Positions 42,526-54,091 of a DNA stretch of 64,000 nt are shown piece by piece (the stretch's first letter is position 1; each line of letters begins with the position of its first letter). The position numbers and the translations under genes were made by a program. Location of the stretch: NCBI GenBank assembly GCA_021613535.1, contig CP075495.1:2232001-2296000 (forward strand), in the 5' to 3' direction. The notes beneath the pieces were generated by a model. The model did not search any database. It was not told where the DNA came from and was given only the letters and a program-made list of their open reading frames with translations. Origin of the DNA: Adineta vaga. Lineage: Eukaryota > Animalia > Rotifera.

Positions 42526-45075
42526 TTAGAAAAAAGTCACTTCATTTTCCAACTTCTTTTTCACAATTTCATCTAGAGTACCGGTATAACGCTGAAGACG
42601 AGGATGATCTGATGGAAGAGATTGCTGTGCAATCTTTACGGCACGTTCACAAAATGACAAGCTTTTCATATAGTCGCCCATGTGATCATATACTCTGCCG
42701 ATATTATGAAAAGAAGTAGCCAAATCAGGATGATCAGAGCTGAGTGTTTGTTGACAAATTGCAAGAGCTTTTTCGTGAAATGAAAGTGCTTTGATATAAT
42801 CATTCATATTGTCGTATACCATACCAATGTTATTGTAAGACATAGCTATATCAGGATGATTGGAAGAGAGTGACTGTTGTCGAATTTCAAGGGCTTTTTC
42901 ATGTGATGCAAGTGATTTCGAGTAATCATTCATATGATAATACACCATGCCGATATTGTTATAAGACGCAGCCAAATCTGGATGATTGGGAGAAAGTGAT
43001 TTTTGTCGAATTACAAGCGCTTTCTCATAGAACAACAAAGCTTTTGTAAAATCATTCGTACTTTCGTATACTGAACCTATGTTATTGTAGGACATAGCCA
43101 GATTTGGATGATTTGTAGAAAGTGATTGTTGACAAATTACAAGAACTTTTTCATGGCATGAAAGTGCTTTTGCATAATCACCCATCATTTCATATATCGT
43201 GCCAATGTTATTATAAGACATGGCTAAATTTGGATGATAGGGAGGCAACGATTGTAATCGGATGGCTAGCGCTTTTTCAGTAAATGAAACTGCTTGAGAA
43301 TAATCACCAATATTGCTATTTGCCATGCCGATGTTATTATAACACATAGCTAAATGTGGATGATTAGGAGGAAGTGATTGTTGACATATTGCAAGAGCTT
43401 TTTCGAAATATGAAAGTGCTCTTGTATATTCACCCATGTTATCGTGTACCATACCAATGTTGTTGTAAGACATAGCCAAATCGAGATGATCAGAAGGAAG
43501 TGATTGTTCTCGAATTGTCAGTGCTTTTTCATGAGATGAAAGTGCTTTCGGATAATTACCCATCCTATCATATGTCAAACCGATATCATTGTGATACATG
43601 GCTAGATCAATGAGATTGGAATGGTCTGTTTTCTGAATGAGAGCAACTGATTTTTCATAAAGTTCTATTGCTTCTTGATATTGACCTTGATCATATTTGA
43701 TTGTTCCAAGTTCATAATAGATGGATGCCTTTTCGCTCTCATCAGTTGTTTGTTCAAATAGAACTTCATAAACTTCTTTCGCTCTGTCAAATTGACCCAT
43801 ATTTCTCAGTAATAAACCAAGTCGAAACCATCCATCTGTGTCTGGACAAAGTTCATCTCGAATACATTGAGTGAGCACACATAAATCTTTATCATCATCA
43901 CTGGTAGCTGTCAAATTAATCTGATAAATTCGGTTCGTTTCATCCATTGGTGTAATATCGTCGACACGAAAGACACTGTGCATGGAAAATAAGATCTCAT
44001 CTTCGTTTTTAAAATAACTAACATCGCGAATAGAAGCAAATGGTGTCGTCGATTGAGTAGGATCGATTGTCATAACGAAAAGAATGCCAACTAAATCCGG
44101 ATTACCTGCCGCTTGTTGGGCAAAATGTAATGATACTTCCTGAGTTTTACTGGTGGATAAGAAATTATTAAACGACATTAATCCACCTTTTGTTTTTATC
44201 ATTTTATCGAAATCTACTAGTGATAAACCTTGACCACGATATACTGTGAAAGTTTGACTCGAAAAATGATCAAGAAATTGTTCTTTATGTAATTGTTCAA
44301 TATGTCGATGAAGATCATTGATAAAGAAACCTATTCGTGTAATAATATTTCCATCCATCAATCGTAATGAACGATTAAGCATGGGATATAGAAAACTTTC
44401 ACATGTATACCACCATATAGGTGTTTTTGTCTGATACGTATCGTTCAGTTGTTTCACATTATTCAATTCTTTTTCATTATCAATACAGATAGTATGACAA
44501 TAATTAACAAAATCCTTAATGTGCGTTTCTTCGAATTTGATGGTTAATAAAATTTCTTTCAATATTTGTGTATACATAAAAGATGGATCTAATTGATCTA
44601 GTCTTTTATCGGATGTTACGAAACTCATTGAAATAGCATTCTGTTCGCAACGACAGAATGCCTGTTTCAAAGCTTCACAAATAGGTGTGATAGATGTGTA
44701 GACACCTTTTATTTTCGGCCATTTCTTCACCCATTCTTTATGATATGTCTTATTCTTACAAAAGATGAAGATAGAATCCACTTGTGATTTGTCGTGTACA
44801 CAAGGCACAATATGTTGTCCAAGTGATCCAGAAAGAATTATACAAGCTTTATTATTCGTAATAGTTTCAAGAAATTCGACGCATTCATTCTCATCAATAA
44901 ACATATCGATGTTGCTAATAACTTGTTGAAGTTGATTTATTGTATGCTGACAATCCGTATCATTAATATTAATGGTTTTATCTAACCAAACTAGAAGACC
45001 ATTTCGATTTCTTAATAAAGTAATGTCACGCCGATCATCAGTATCCGTTGAAACATTGGATTTATTATTTGTCAT
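42526..45075 (-). CDS. Mono-ADP-ribosyltransferase (R-S-E class) fused to TPR repeats; intronless, 849 aa
   Basis: ART motifs TVYRGQ, FLSTS and NEDEILF, followed by two divergent TPRs and eight 42-aa TPRs (LAMSYNNIG...HP). Confidence 0.9.
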   Translation of the reverse strand: MTNNKSNVSTDTDDRRDITLLRNRNGLLVWLDKTININDTDCQHTINQLQQVISNIDMFIDENECVEFLETITNNKACIILSGSLGQHIVPCVHDKSQVDSIFIFCKNKTYHKEWVKKWPKIKGVYTSITPICEALKQAFCRCEQNAISMSFVTSDKRLDQLDPSFMYTQILKEILLTIKFEETHIKDFVNYCHTICIDNEKELNNVKQLNDTYQTKTPIWWYTCESFLYPMLNRSLRLMDGNIITRIGFFINDLHRHIEQLHKEQFLDHFSSQTFTVYRGQGLSLVDFDKMIKTKGGLMSFNNFLSTSKTQEVSLHFAQQAAGNPDLVGILFVMTIDPTQSTTPFASIRDVSYFKNEDEILFSMHSVFRVDDITPMDETNRIYQINLTATSDDDKDLCVLTQCIRDELCPDTDGWFRLGLLLRNMGQFDRAKEVYEVLFEQTTDESEKASIYYELGTIKYDQGQYQEAIELYEKSVALIQKTDHSNLIDLAMYHNDIGLTYDRMGNYPKALSSHEKALTIREQSLPSDHLDLAMSYNNIGMVHDNMGEYTRALSYFEKALAICQQSLPPNHPHLAMCYNNIGMANSNIGDYSQAVSFTEKALAIRLQSLPPYHPNLAMSYNNIGTIYEMMGDYAKALSCHEKVLVICQQSLSTNHPNLAMSYNNIGSVYESTNDFTKALLFYEKALVIRQKSLSPNHPDLAASYNNIGMVYYHMNDYSKSLASHEKALEIRQQSLSSNHPDIAMSYNNIGMVYDNMNDYIKALSFHEKALAICQQTLSSDHPDLATSFHNIGRVYDHMGDYMKSLSFCERAVKIAQQSLPSDHPRLQRYTGTLDEIVKKKLENEVTFF
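42598..43605 (-). repeat. Eight tandem 126-bp (42-aa) TPR coding repeats
   Basis: Exact 42-aa periodicity of the LAxSYNNIGxxY...ALxxxEKAL...QSLxxxHP unit. Confidence 0.9.
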
Positions 45076-46081
45076 TGATTGTTATTTATTGAGTAAATAT
45101 GATTAACTATACTATTGGTTAAAGAATACTCTTAAATATATGTGATTAAAATCGTTGTATTTATAGTAAGTAGGTTTTCATTTTCTTTTGTTCAACGTCA
45201 TTAAGCGTGTTGTTATGGTTGAAGAAGCGTAACAAGGACGATATTGATTGATCACAAATATAGAACGAAAATAATGATGTATTATTGTTACGGTCGATTT
45301 AATACGACGTAGTATGTAGAAAAAACCACTTTTTTTTATGAAAAAGAAGTACTGATATATTTTTTCTGCATCCTGACGTCATATCTGTTATTGGTCTGAT
45401 TTGAATCCTATGACACATAAAATCAACAAGAAATCACTCGTTCTAAAAACCTCAAAAACATCATATTTATTATTATACAAGTTTCACAAGGTAAAACAAT
45501 ATCATAATAAGTACTGATTACTTCAATATAACGATCTAATTATGTGAGAATTTGTATAATACTTATGAATTTCTTTGCGAAATGACAAAAACTAAAGATT
45601 CTTATTTTTCGTTTATTGTAATATATGTTATCAAAAAGATCGTAAAGATTTATTCGAAAAACATCACCAAAGATTGCTAATCTCTTCTAAAACATTGATA
45701 ATCTATTTCAATCTCGTACAATCAATAGAATAATTCGAGAAGCTTAGCATTTCATTTCGAAGATGAATGCTGACTCGTCTGCCATCTAGTATTATTAATA
45801 CTAATGAAAAGACGATGTCGCTAAAACCATGACAGCTATCTGTTGAATACATGTATACTTACTCTATCCTCATTCCTCTTTATTGATGACGTGTACGAAA
45901 AAGAAAATCTATTGGAGAATAAATCAGTCAATAGAATGACGATTTTTTCCCGGCTACATAACTCGAGACTTTTAAATCGTAACGTAGAATAGCCATTTTC
46001 ATATTGGTGGAAGAAGTCAAATAAAATCCCTACCTAGTCATACAAATACGATCTTTCAATTTATTTCATGTGAATTTATTT

Positions 46082-46929
46082 ATGGATAAAATATCGACTG
46101 ATATATTAACAACAAATGGATCAATGAATCCAACTGAAAAACGTGCTCTTAGCGAAGTGATACCTAGTAAAAAACGTTCAGGTGGAAATTATGGTAGTTT
46201 AGCTAAATCACAAATGCAACCAACATTTTATATTTGTCATTCATTAGAATCAGATGATACTTTACAAAGACTTGCTTTAAAATACCATTCTAACGTATGT
46301 TTACTTTCAAGATAAAACTTATAGAAATAATCTTTGTTTATTTTTTCTTATCTTCAAAGATTCAAGAAATCAAACGAATTAATAAACTATGGTCAGACGC
46401 TGAATTATCTCTACTCGAAGATGTATATATTCCAGTGAATTCTTCTCAAATATCAACATTACGAACATTATATCCAACTATAAATATTGTGCAAAATTTC
46501 TCTCCAACAACGAATCGTGCAAGAAATACATCGATAAATGCAAATATAAGTGACGACAGTACATCATCAATTCGAACATCTGATAGCAATGTTTCAATTC
46601 CATCAACAAGTTCTTCCGTACAAGATTATTTTTCTAAAATCGATCAACAAATAACGACATCAAAAAAATCCTTACAAACAATCGATATTAAAAGTCAACA
46701 TCTTTCGTAAGTGAAACATCTTTCTTCTTGTATGTTGTTTTCTTATAGAAAATTTTCTAGATCTCAGTTATTAAACAATGATATACATTCTTCTTCAATA
46801 AATCGTACAACTAATGATCGACATAAAGGTATTCATCCGTCGTCTGAGAATCAAAATCAACGTGAAAAACATATATCCGCTGCACTGGAAAGAATTCAAC
46901 GCGAACAAGATGATTTTGATGGATTATAA
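46082..46929 (+). CDS. LysM-domain protein (LYSMD1/2-like), 3 exons
   Basis: NYGSL motif, then HSLESDDTLQRLALKYHSN/IQEIKRINKLW LysM domain and DYFSKIDQQI motif; no TM segment. Confidence 0.82.
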
Positions 46930-47216
46930 TCCTTGTCGAACTTTATGTTGTCTTTCTCGCTCTCTAACAAAACAAGCGAAATTAACTTTAAACAAAAATT
47001 ATTCAATCAATACTCATTTCTTTTTTCAATCTTTTTATTTGTAATTTTCCTTGCGTTTGTCATGTGCAATATCATAACATTTTCTTTTTTCTTGTGTATT
47101 TATCCGTTTTAGAAATTGAACAAAAACCAAACCAAACCGACAGTTTTATGATAAAATATAAACAGAATGATTGATTTAAGTAATATGTGTACCTATATTT
47201 CATTACAGATTGAGAA

Positions 47217-48878
47217 ATGCTTCGATTACCGAATTATTCAAGAACAGTTTATGGATTATGTAGATCACTTACTAATCAAATTAGTAAGAGAAATCAATCA
47301 TTATCATCAACAACATCAAAAGTGGCGATAGAACCTAATACATCGAAAATGTCAATTTTTAGTGGACATATTAAAGGTGCCATTATTAATAATTTAGAAT
47401 TTGTTCGTCCGGAAAATATAACACCACTTCCAATTTATCAAGTTCTTGATTCTGAAGGAAGCATCAAAGATAAAAGTCATGAACCAGATGTAAGAATATC
47501 GAAATTTATACATTCGAATTTTTGAAGATCTTTTATTTAGTTCACTGATGAACATTTGGTTAAAATGTATCAAGATATGACTCTGCTCAATGTTTTGGAT
47601 CGTATTTTGTATGAATCACAACGACAAGGTCGTATTTCATTTTATATGACGAATTTTGGTGAAGAAGCTACACATATCGGTAGTGCAGCTGCTTTAAATC
47701 CAAAAGATCTCGTTTATGGACAGTATCGTGAAGCCGGTAGGGCGATTTTTCTAAAGACTTTTCCTTTCGTTGAGAAAAATTGATTTGCTTCTAGGTGTTC
47801 TCATGTATCGTGGTTTTAAATTACATGAATTTATTGATCAATGTTTCGGTAATTCGCGTGCAGCTTGTAAAGGTGTTCAAATGCCAGTACATTATGGTTC
47901 CACTAATCTTAGTTTCGTTACAATCTCGTCAACATTAGCAACACAAATGCCTCAAGCGGTTGGTAGTGCTTATGCATATAAAAGGTGAAATTAGATATCA
48001 TGTACAATGACTATAGAACTTTCTTTTGTAGAGCTCAAAATGGTCTATGTGTAGTTTGTTATTTTGGAGAAGGTGCAGCAAGTGAAGGTGATGCTCATGC
48101 TGCTTTAAATTTTGCAGCTACTCTTGAAGCTCCTGTTATCTTTTTCTGGTTGGTTCATTGATTTGTTTTCTTCTTTGATATTCAGATTTGTATTTTATTT
48201 AGTCGTAATAACGGTTATGCTATATCGACAACAACAATTGATCAATATCGAGGTGATGGTATTGCTAGTCGAGGTCCCGGTTATGGTATGGCAACAATTC
48301 GTGTTGATGGAAATGATCTATTCGGTGTTTATAATGCTACCAAAGCAGCAAGAGAATTAGCTTTGAATGAAATGCGTCCCGTTTTGATTGAAGCAATGAC
48401 ATTAAGGTAGACATGAAACGAGTTTGCTTAATATGAATATTGAACCATGAATAATGATTGCAGAGTTGGTCATCATTCAACATCGGATGATAGTTCGGCT
48501 TATCGTTCCATTGATGAAGTACGTACACGTGATAAACGAGATAATCCAATCTTACGAATTCGAAAATATATGATTAAACGCGGTTGTTGGGATGAAGAAA
48601 AAGAAGAAAAATGGATGAAAGATTCACAAAAAATGGTTCGTTACCGAAGGCTTTGTTTTTTTTTAAATAAAAATAAACTGATGTCTTCTTTGATTTAGGT
48701 AATGGAAGCATTTGCTAATTGTGAGAAGGTTAAACGTGCACCTGTTTCAACAATGTTTGAAAATATTTTTGATAAAGTTGAACCACATTTACAACGTCAA
48801 ATGAAAGAAATGAATGAACATATTCGTCAAAATCCTGATCATTTTCCATTAGCTTTATACGAAAAATCTTCAACATAA
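47217..48878 (+). CDS. BCKDHA: Branched-chain alpha-keto acid dehydrogenase E1 alpha subunit, multi-exon
   Basis: [58 protein letters not shown]. Confidence 0.96.
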
Positions 48879-49297
48879 AACAGTATTTTTCTTTTGTTTT
48901 AAATATCTTCTCGTCTTTTTCCGGATCTAAACTATCGCATTGTTCTTGATTATCATATATATTTGTAAGAAGTCAGACATTTAAAATATCTTGTATTAAT
49001 GATGTCGATATTGATTAACTTCAAACTAAGAAATTACTTATTAAAGAAAACTGAATTTTTATCGTTGAAGTCCTCATATCTAAACATTTCGAAATGAAAG
49101 TACGCGAATTTAATATTAACCAGAACATTCTTATCATATTTTTGACATATTATTATTCGTAGCGAAATTATTTATCATATGTCAATATTATTCGACTCGA
49201 ATACTATGAACTAGTGTAGCAAATTTACGTCATATTGAACTTCTATTATTTTTTTAGAAATAGTCAAATATCGAGGAAATCTTTTAGATAGATTTGA

Positions 49298-50111
49298 ATG
49301 GATATATGGAAAGTAATACAAGATCAATGTGTATATACTTCATGTTATTGGTAAAGAATATTGTATTTGTACGAATTAGTAGAATAAATTGATATTTTTA
49401 GCGAGGAAAATATATGGAAATTATGTGAATCATGGAAAGAAAATGATCCAAATCATTTCAATAATCTCTATGCTGTATTTATTTCGAATCAACATCGACA
49501 AATTCCTATGTGGGAACAAAAATCTTCTATTCGTGATGATCATCTTGTTATTTGGGTTGAATATTTTGTTCTATATCAACTTTAAGGCATAAGCATTGAT
49601 CTTTATAGGATTATCATGTAATCTTAGTTGATAAATCATCATCTCCAGCAAATATATATGATTTTGATTCAACACTCTCATTTCCTGTTTCCGTTAATAA
49701 TTATCTTCAACTAGTTGTTCGAGATGAAAAGAATCTGTTACGTAAATATCATCGGTATATATATAAGTCAAACTTTTTCTTCATTGTTTCGATCTACTAT
49801 TGTTTGTTTCATTATTGATGTATAGTCGATTTCGAGTAATACCAGCTCAAGAATATCTTGATAAATTTGCATCAGATCGTTCACATATGCTCAAAGAAGA
49901 TAAAGTAACATACAATGCACCACCACCAACGTATCCACCCATTTCTAATGAAAGTATGCATTCGTTTATTTTATATATCAGACAACTAATATCCAAGTAT
50001 TCTTTTGTAGAATCGACTAATAATATTAATGATTTTATTGATATGAAGTCGAACGACGGACCAGGAACTGTAATGAATTTAGCTGATTTTCGTCGATTTT
50101 TAGGTCTTTAA
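49298..50111 (+). CDS. NTAQ1: Protein N-terminal glutamine amidohydrolase (WDYHV1), multi-exon
   Basis: Spliced translation gives YTSCYCEENIWKLC, AVFISN, IW/DYHVIL, IYDFDSTL, FASDRSHM and PPPTYPPI. Confidence 0.9.
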
Positions 50112-50399
50112 AATTACTCAAATACAAAATCCCACAATTTTTTTAATAAAAAATCGATAAAACCAAAAAATATCTTATTAATTTCTTTTTATTGGATTTT
50201 TTAGAAATGTTAAATGAACAGATTATTCCTACTTAACTTATTTGTAAAGAAGGATCTACTCGAAAATCATGTCGAATAGATCGCTGTCCTCTCATTGATT
50301 TTCTTTTCATATGATACACTTTATTAATATCGAGACTATCTGTAGTGATGTTTATCCTTTTATTTCAAAGCAAAAAAAAAGCAACAGATTTATGACGAT

Positions 50400-51290
50400 T
50401 CAATCATCTGTATACTGATAATCAGTAGGTAGTTTAACATGATATTTCGAGTCATGAATCATTGTATACATTGATGGACGACGATCAGCCATATAAGGTG
50501 TTGATGCAATGACATTTAAATAATCTTTAGGAATGAGGTCAGCTACAATGAGTGGATCATTGTGAACTCGACACAATTCATTACCATCAGGTCCAATGAT
50601 ACGTGATAGACCATAGAATTCTGGTTGTGATAAATTAGCATAAGCAAGCCAAACATGATTTTCTAAAGCTCGTATTGGCACCATAAGACGTACAATATTA
50701 TCATTTCTTGGTGAAGAACTTATAGCTGTTGCTACGAGTAATAGTTGAGCACCAAGAAGAGTTAAACTACGTGCAACTTCACACATTTCTACATCATAAC
50801 ATATCATTATGCCAACCCGAACACCACGTAATTCAACGATCGATGAAAGTTGATTTCCTTCTGCGAAAACTTCACGTTCTTTGTTTGACCATAGATGTGT
50901 TTTTCGATAGTTAAGTAAAATATCACCATTTTCATTAATTAATATTGCAGTATTGTATATTTTCTCGTCATCATCTAATTCAGGATATCCTATCAGCAAA
51001 GCAATGGAATATTGACGTGCTATTTTTTGTAAATGACCAATGACATTCTTTTCAATAATATATCGTGCAGAAGATAAAATAATATCACGGTTTAATATAT
51101 AACCTGAAAGAAATAACTCCGGAAACACAAGTAAATGAGCAGAATGTTCTTGAGAAGCACGTTTTGCTTGTAGTTCTACCTGTTCAAGCATTAAGGAAAC
51201 ATCTCCATCCGTTGACGATTTACCTTCGAAGACTGCAACACGAAGTAACGAACCTTCAACATGGTCTCTTATCCACCAGTAGGATGACAT
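50400..51290 (-). CDS. Nitrilase-superfamily carbon-nitrogen hydrolase (bacterial R-amidase-like); intronless
   Basis: Glu-Lys-Cys triad: VFPELFLSGY, YRKTHLW, ICYDVE. Also RALENHVWLAYAN, GLSRIIGPDG and YMADRRPSMY. Confidence 0.88.
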   Translation of the reverse strand: MSSYWWIRDHVEGSLLRVAVFEGKSSTDGDVSLMLEQVELQAKRASQEHSAHLLVFPELFLSGYILNRDIILSSARYIIEKNVIGHLQKIARQYSIALLIGYPELDDDEKIYNTAILINENGDILLNYRKTHLWSNKEREVFAEGNQLSSIVELRGVRVGIMICYDVEMCEVARSLTLLGAQLLLVATAISSSPRNDNIVRLMVPIRALENHVWLAYANLSQPEFYGLSRIIGPDGNELCRVHNDPLIVADLIPKDYLNVIASTPYMADRRPSMYTMIHDSKYHVKLPTDYQYTDD

Positions 51291-51620
51291 GTTTCTCTTA
51301 TTAAAATCCAAAAATAAAAGGATGAGAAAAAATCAAGATAAGATTAGCTTGACAGTATTCCACAGTGTATCATCAATACGAAGGAGAACAAAATGAGGAT
51401 TGGTTAAAACAGAAACTAATCATGTTTGAAATTAGAATAGAACTAAATAAAATCGCAAGATATCAATCGGAAATATTAATTTTGTTCAGTTCTACTGCTG
51501 GAATATATTTATTAATACATGAGACTAAGAAAAAAAACTTATGAAACAATCATATTACAGTACAACATAAAAGATGTGAGAAAATAATTGTTCTTGCCAT
51601 GTAGGTAAAACAAACATGAT

Positions 51621-51827
51621 TTAATCAGCAACATGTTTAGCATGATGATGTTCAGCTTTAACATGATGTTCGGCTGCTTTACAAGCAGCTTTACCAGCTT
51701 CAAATTGAGCATCCAAACGTTCACTTGGTTTGACATTTGGGTCATTGGCTTTCTCTAGTTTCTTTTCAGCTGTTTTATTATCCATAGCTTCTTTGGCTTT
51801 TTCAATACCAGCTTTAACGGCGTCCAT
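51621..51827 (-). CDS. Small hydrophilic stress-type protein resembling fungal Grg1/ccg-1 (LEA-like composition)
   Basis: 68 aa, A/K/E/H-rich. Apparent 5'UTR intron (about 51835-51910) and a TATA-like element near 51987-51994. Confidence 0.7.
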   Translation of the reverse strand: MDAVKAGIEKAKEAMDNKTAEKKLEKANDPNVKPSERLDAQFEAGKAACKAAEHHVKAEHHHAKHVAD

Positions 51828-52811
51828 GATTTCTCTATAATAAAAGAAGAAAAGAAAAGAAAGTTTACTTATAAATTCTCTGATTTTGTTATTTAATGCA
51901 ATGTACTCACTGATACTGTAGTGTAGCGAGGGAGTTTGTTTTGTATGTTCGTATAGTTGAATGAAAGAGAATGTAAAAATGAGCGCTATATAAATGGCCT
52001 TTTTTCTCTTATCTTCTTCTCTAAAAAAAATTTACACGAACAATTATGCCGATGAAGGAATAGAAGGGGTGAACCAGTCAACGTTGTTCGAGAAAAGAAA
52101 GGAACGTAGTTGCAGCTGCGATGATACATTTGCATTGAGTTTAAAAGAAGGAAAGAAGAAGTTCTATCGTTGCCAAGCCTTCTTTCGTATATGGTAAAGA
52201 AACAGAATGTTCTAGAGTGAAGACACATTCTTGGCTAGTCATTCTCTTTCGCTTACTTCATTGGTGATTCAAGCTTCTTTTTTTTTAATAAGAAAAAATT
52301 AAAACAAGCTTTCTCTCTGTCATCCTTGAAAAAAATGAAAGTATTACGGATTGTAAATTGATGCCTATTGACACAAGTATCATTTATTTAAAGTTGTTCT
52401 AAACGAACAGGTTCAAAAGTAATAAAAGTATTTCATTTTTATCTAGAAAATCAATAGAGTAGTTTAATTAAAGAAAGCTTTTGTATCAGTAGCAATTAAT
52501 TCACAATACATGTTCTACAAGTACTGATATCAATATGTTTTCGTCTATACCGATATATATATATATATCATGTTTTACATTATTTGTTTTCTTTTGTTTA
52601 TGTTCTATTCATAGGCTAAATCGAATTTGATGACCATAAATATGATCATGTTTTGCTATTCAATACAGTTATGTCATTTCATTTATGTTTGTAATAATAG
52701 CACTTTCTTTCAGCTGCCGATATGTTTTGATTTTTCAGCTTTCTTTCTCCTGACATCAATTGATCATTAAAACAACCGTTGTATTGGGATTGATTCATTT
52801 CATAGAGAAGT

Positions 52812-53183
52812 ATGTCGAAGTCGACTTACATTTACGTGCTGTTCGCGCTTGTTACCATTGCCAATACTGAATTGATCTGTCCAGGTTTTGGATTTATTCG
52901 TCCACAACAACCATGTATTGATCAATGTTCACCTGATCAAGATAATTGTGAAACAGGCAAAAAATGTTGTTATACACCAGAAGCACCGTGTGGTTATCGT
53001 TGTCTTGTTAGTAAAAATGATGTTGAAAAACCTGGTCACTGTCCATCACCACAATCAGAACAAACCCATCAATATTGGCGTTTATGTGATGGTCATTTCT
53101 GTGATGTGGATAGTGATTGTTCATGCAAGAAAAAATGTTGTTCGAACATGTGTGGAACAAAATTATGTATATCACCACAATAA
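52812..53183 (+). CDS. Secreted double WAP (four-disulfide core) domain protein
   Basis: Signal peptide; CIDQCSPDQDNCETGKKCC...CGYRC and KPGHCP...CDVDSDCSCKKKCCSNMCGTKLC. Confidence 0.85.
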   Translation: MSKSTYIYVLFALVTIANTELICPGFGFIRPQQPCIDQCSPDQDNCETGKKCCYTPEAPCGYRCLVSKNDVEKPGHCPSPQSEQTHQYWRLCDGHFCDVDSDCSCKKKCCSNMCGTKLCISPQ

Positions 53184-53334
53184 ATATTCTATTCTTAACT
53201 TTCATTTGATGATTGTGCTGAACTTTTTAAATCAACTATTCTATTCTTTATTTTATCTTTCGAAATTTATTTAAATATTTAACAAGAATATCTGACAGAC
53301 AAGAAAAATAGAGATCAATGTTCGATTTAGATAT

Positions 53335-54091
53335 TTAATGTGCACTACCATTAGGAATATGTGAGAATCCACCACTGCTACCAAAGCCATTTGAACCACG
53401 AACAGTATCATCAAGTTTCTAAAAAGTAACAACTAACATATGATAGAAGTTGAAGTTGAAATTGAATAACGAACTTTTTCTTCGATTAAATTAGCCATTT
53501 CAATTTTTTCACAAATTAATTGAGCAATACGATCACCTTTCTTAACTAGAAGCACACGAAAGAATGCTAGTCGATCAATGATTTTCAATTATAGTTGTAA
53601 TCTTACTTGTAAAATCAGCATCGTTATGATTAAAAAGAACAATACCAACATTACCACGATAATCAGCATCGATGACACCAGCTAATTTATATGGAATGAA
53701 GTTTATTAAAAGAAATCATAAATATAATGTCAATTCTACCTCCAGTATCAATGCCAAATTTGGCGGCTAAACCAGATCGTGGAGCTAACAAGAGAAAAGA
53801 TATGTTTAGTATTTTTCTTAAATAATAATTTCTTTTTATCTCACCAACTCGACCATAACAACCTTCTGGTACAGCAATTTGAATATCCGTCAAAGCTGTT
53901 AATTTGCCTCGAGCTGGTAATATGTAATCATAAGCACTAAAAATAATCATTATAAGATAAGAAAAAAAACCCGTCAATGATCTTTCAAACCTTCGAAGAT
54001 CCCAACCAGCTGCATATTCTGATCCTTTCATTGGTGCATAGGCATTTTCACTAAGTTTAGCGAAGCGCAAGATGGATTTTGTTGGCGACAT
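53335..54091 (-). CDS. DUT: dUTP pyrophosphatase, multi-exon
   Basis: Motifs [33 protein letters not shown] and [10 protein letters not shown]. Confidence 0.95.

Noticed and set aside
42598-43605. Regularly spaced repeats as a possible CRISPR-like array
   Set aside because: They are in-frame 126-bp TPR coding repeats in a eukaryotic gene.
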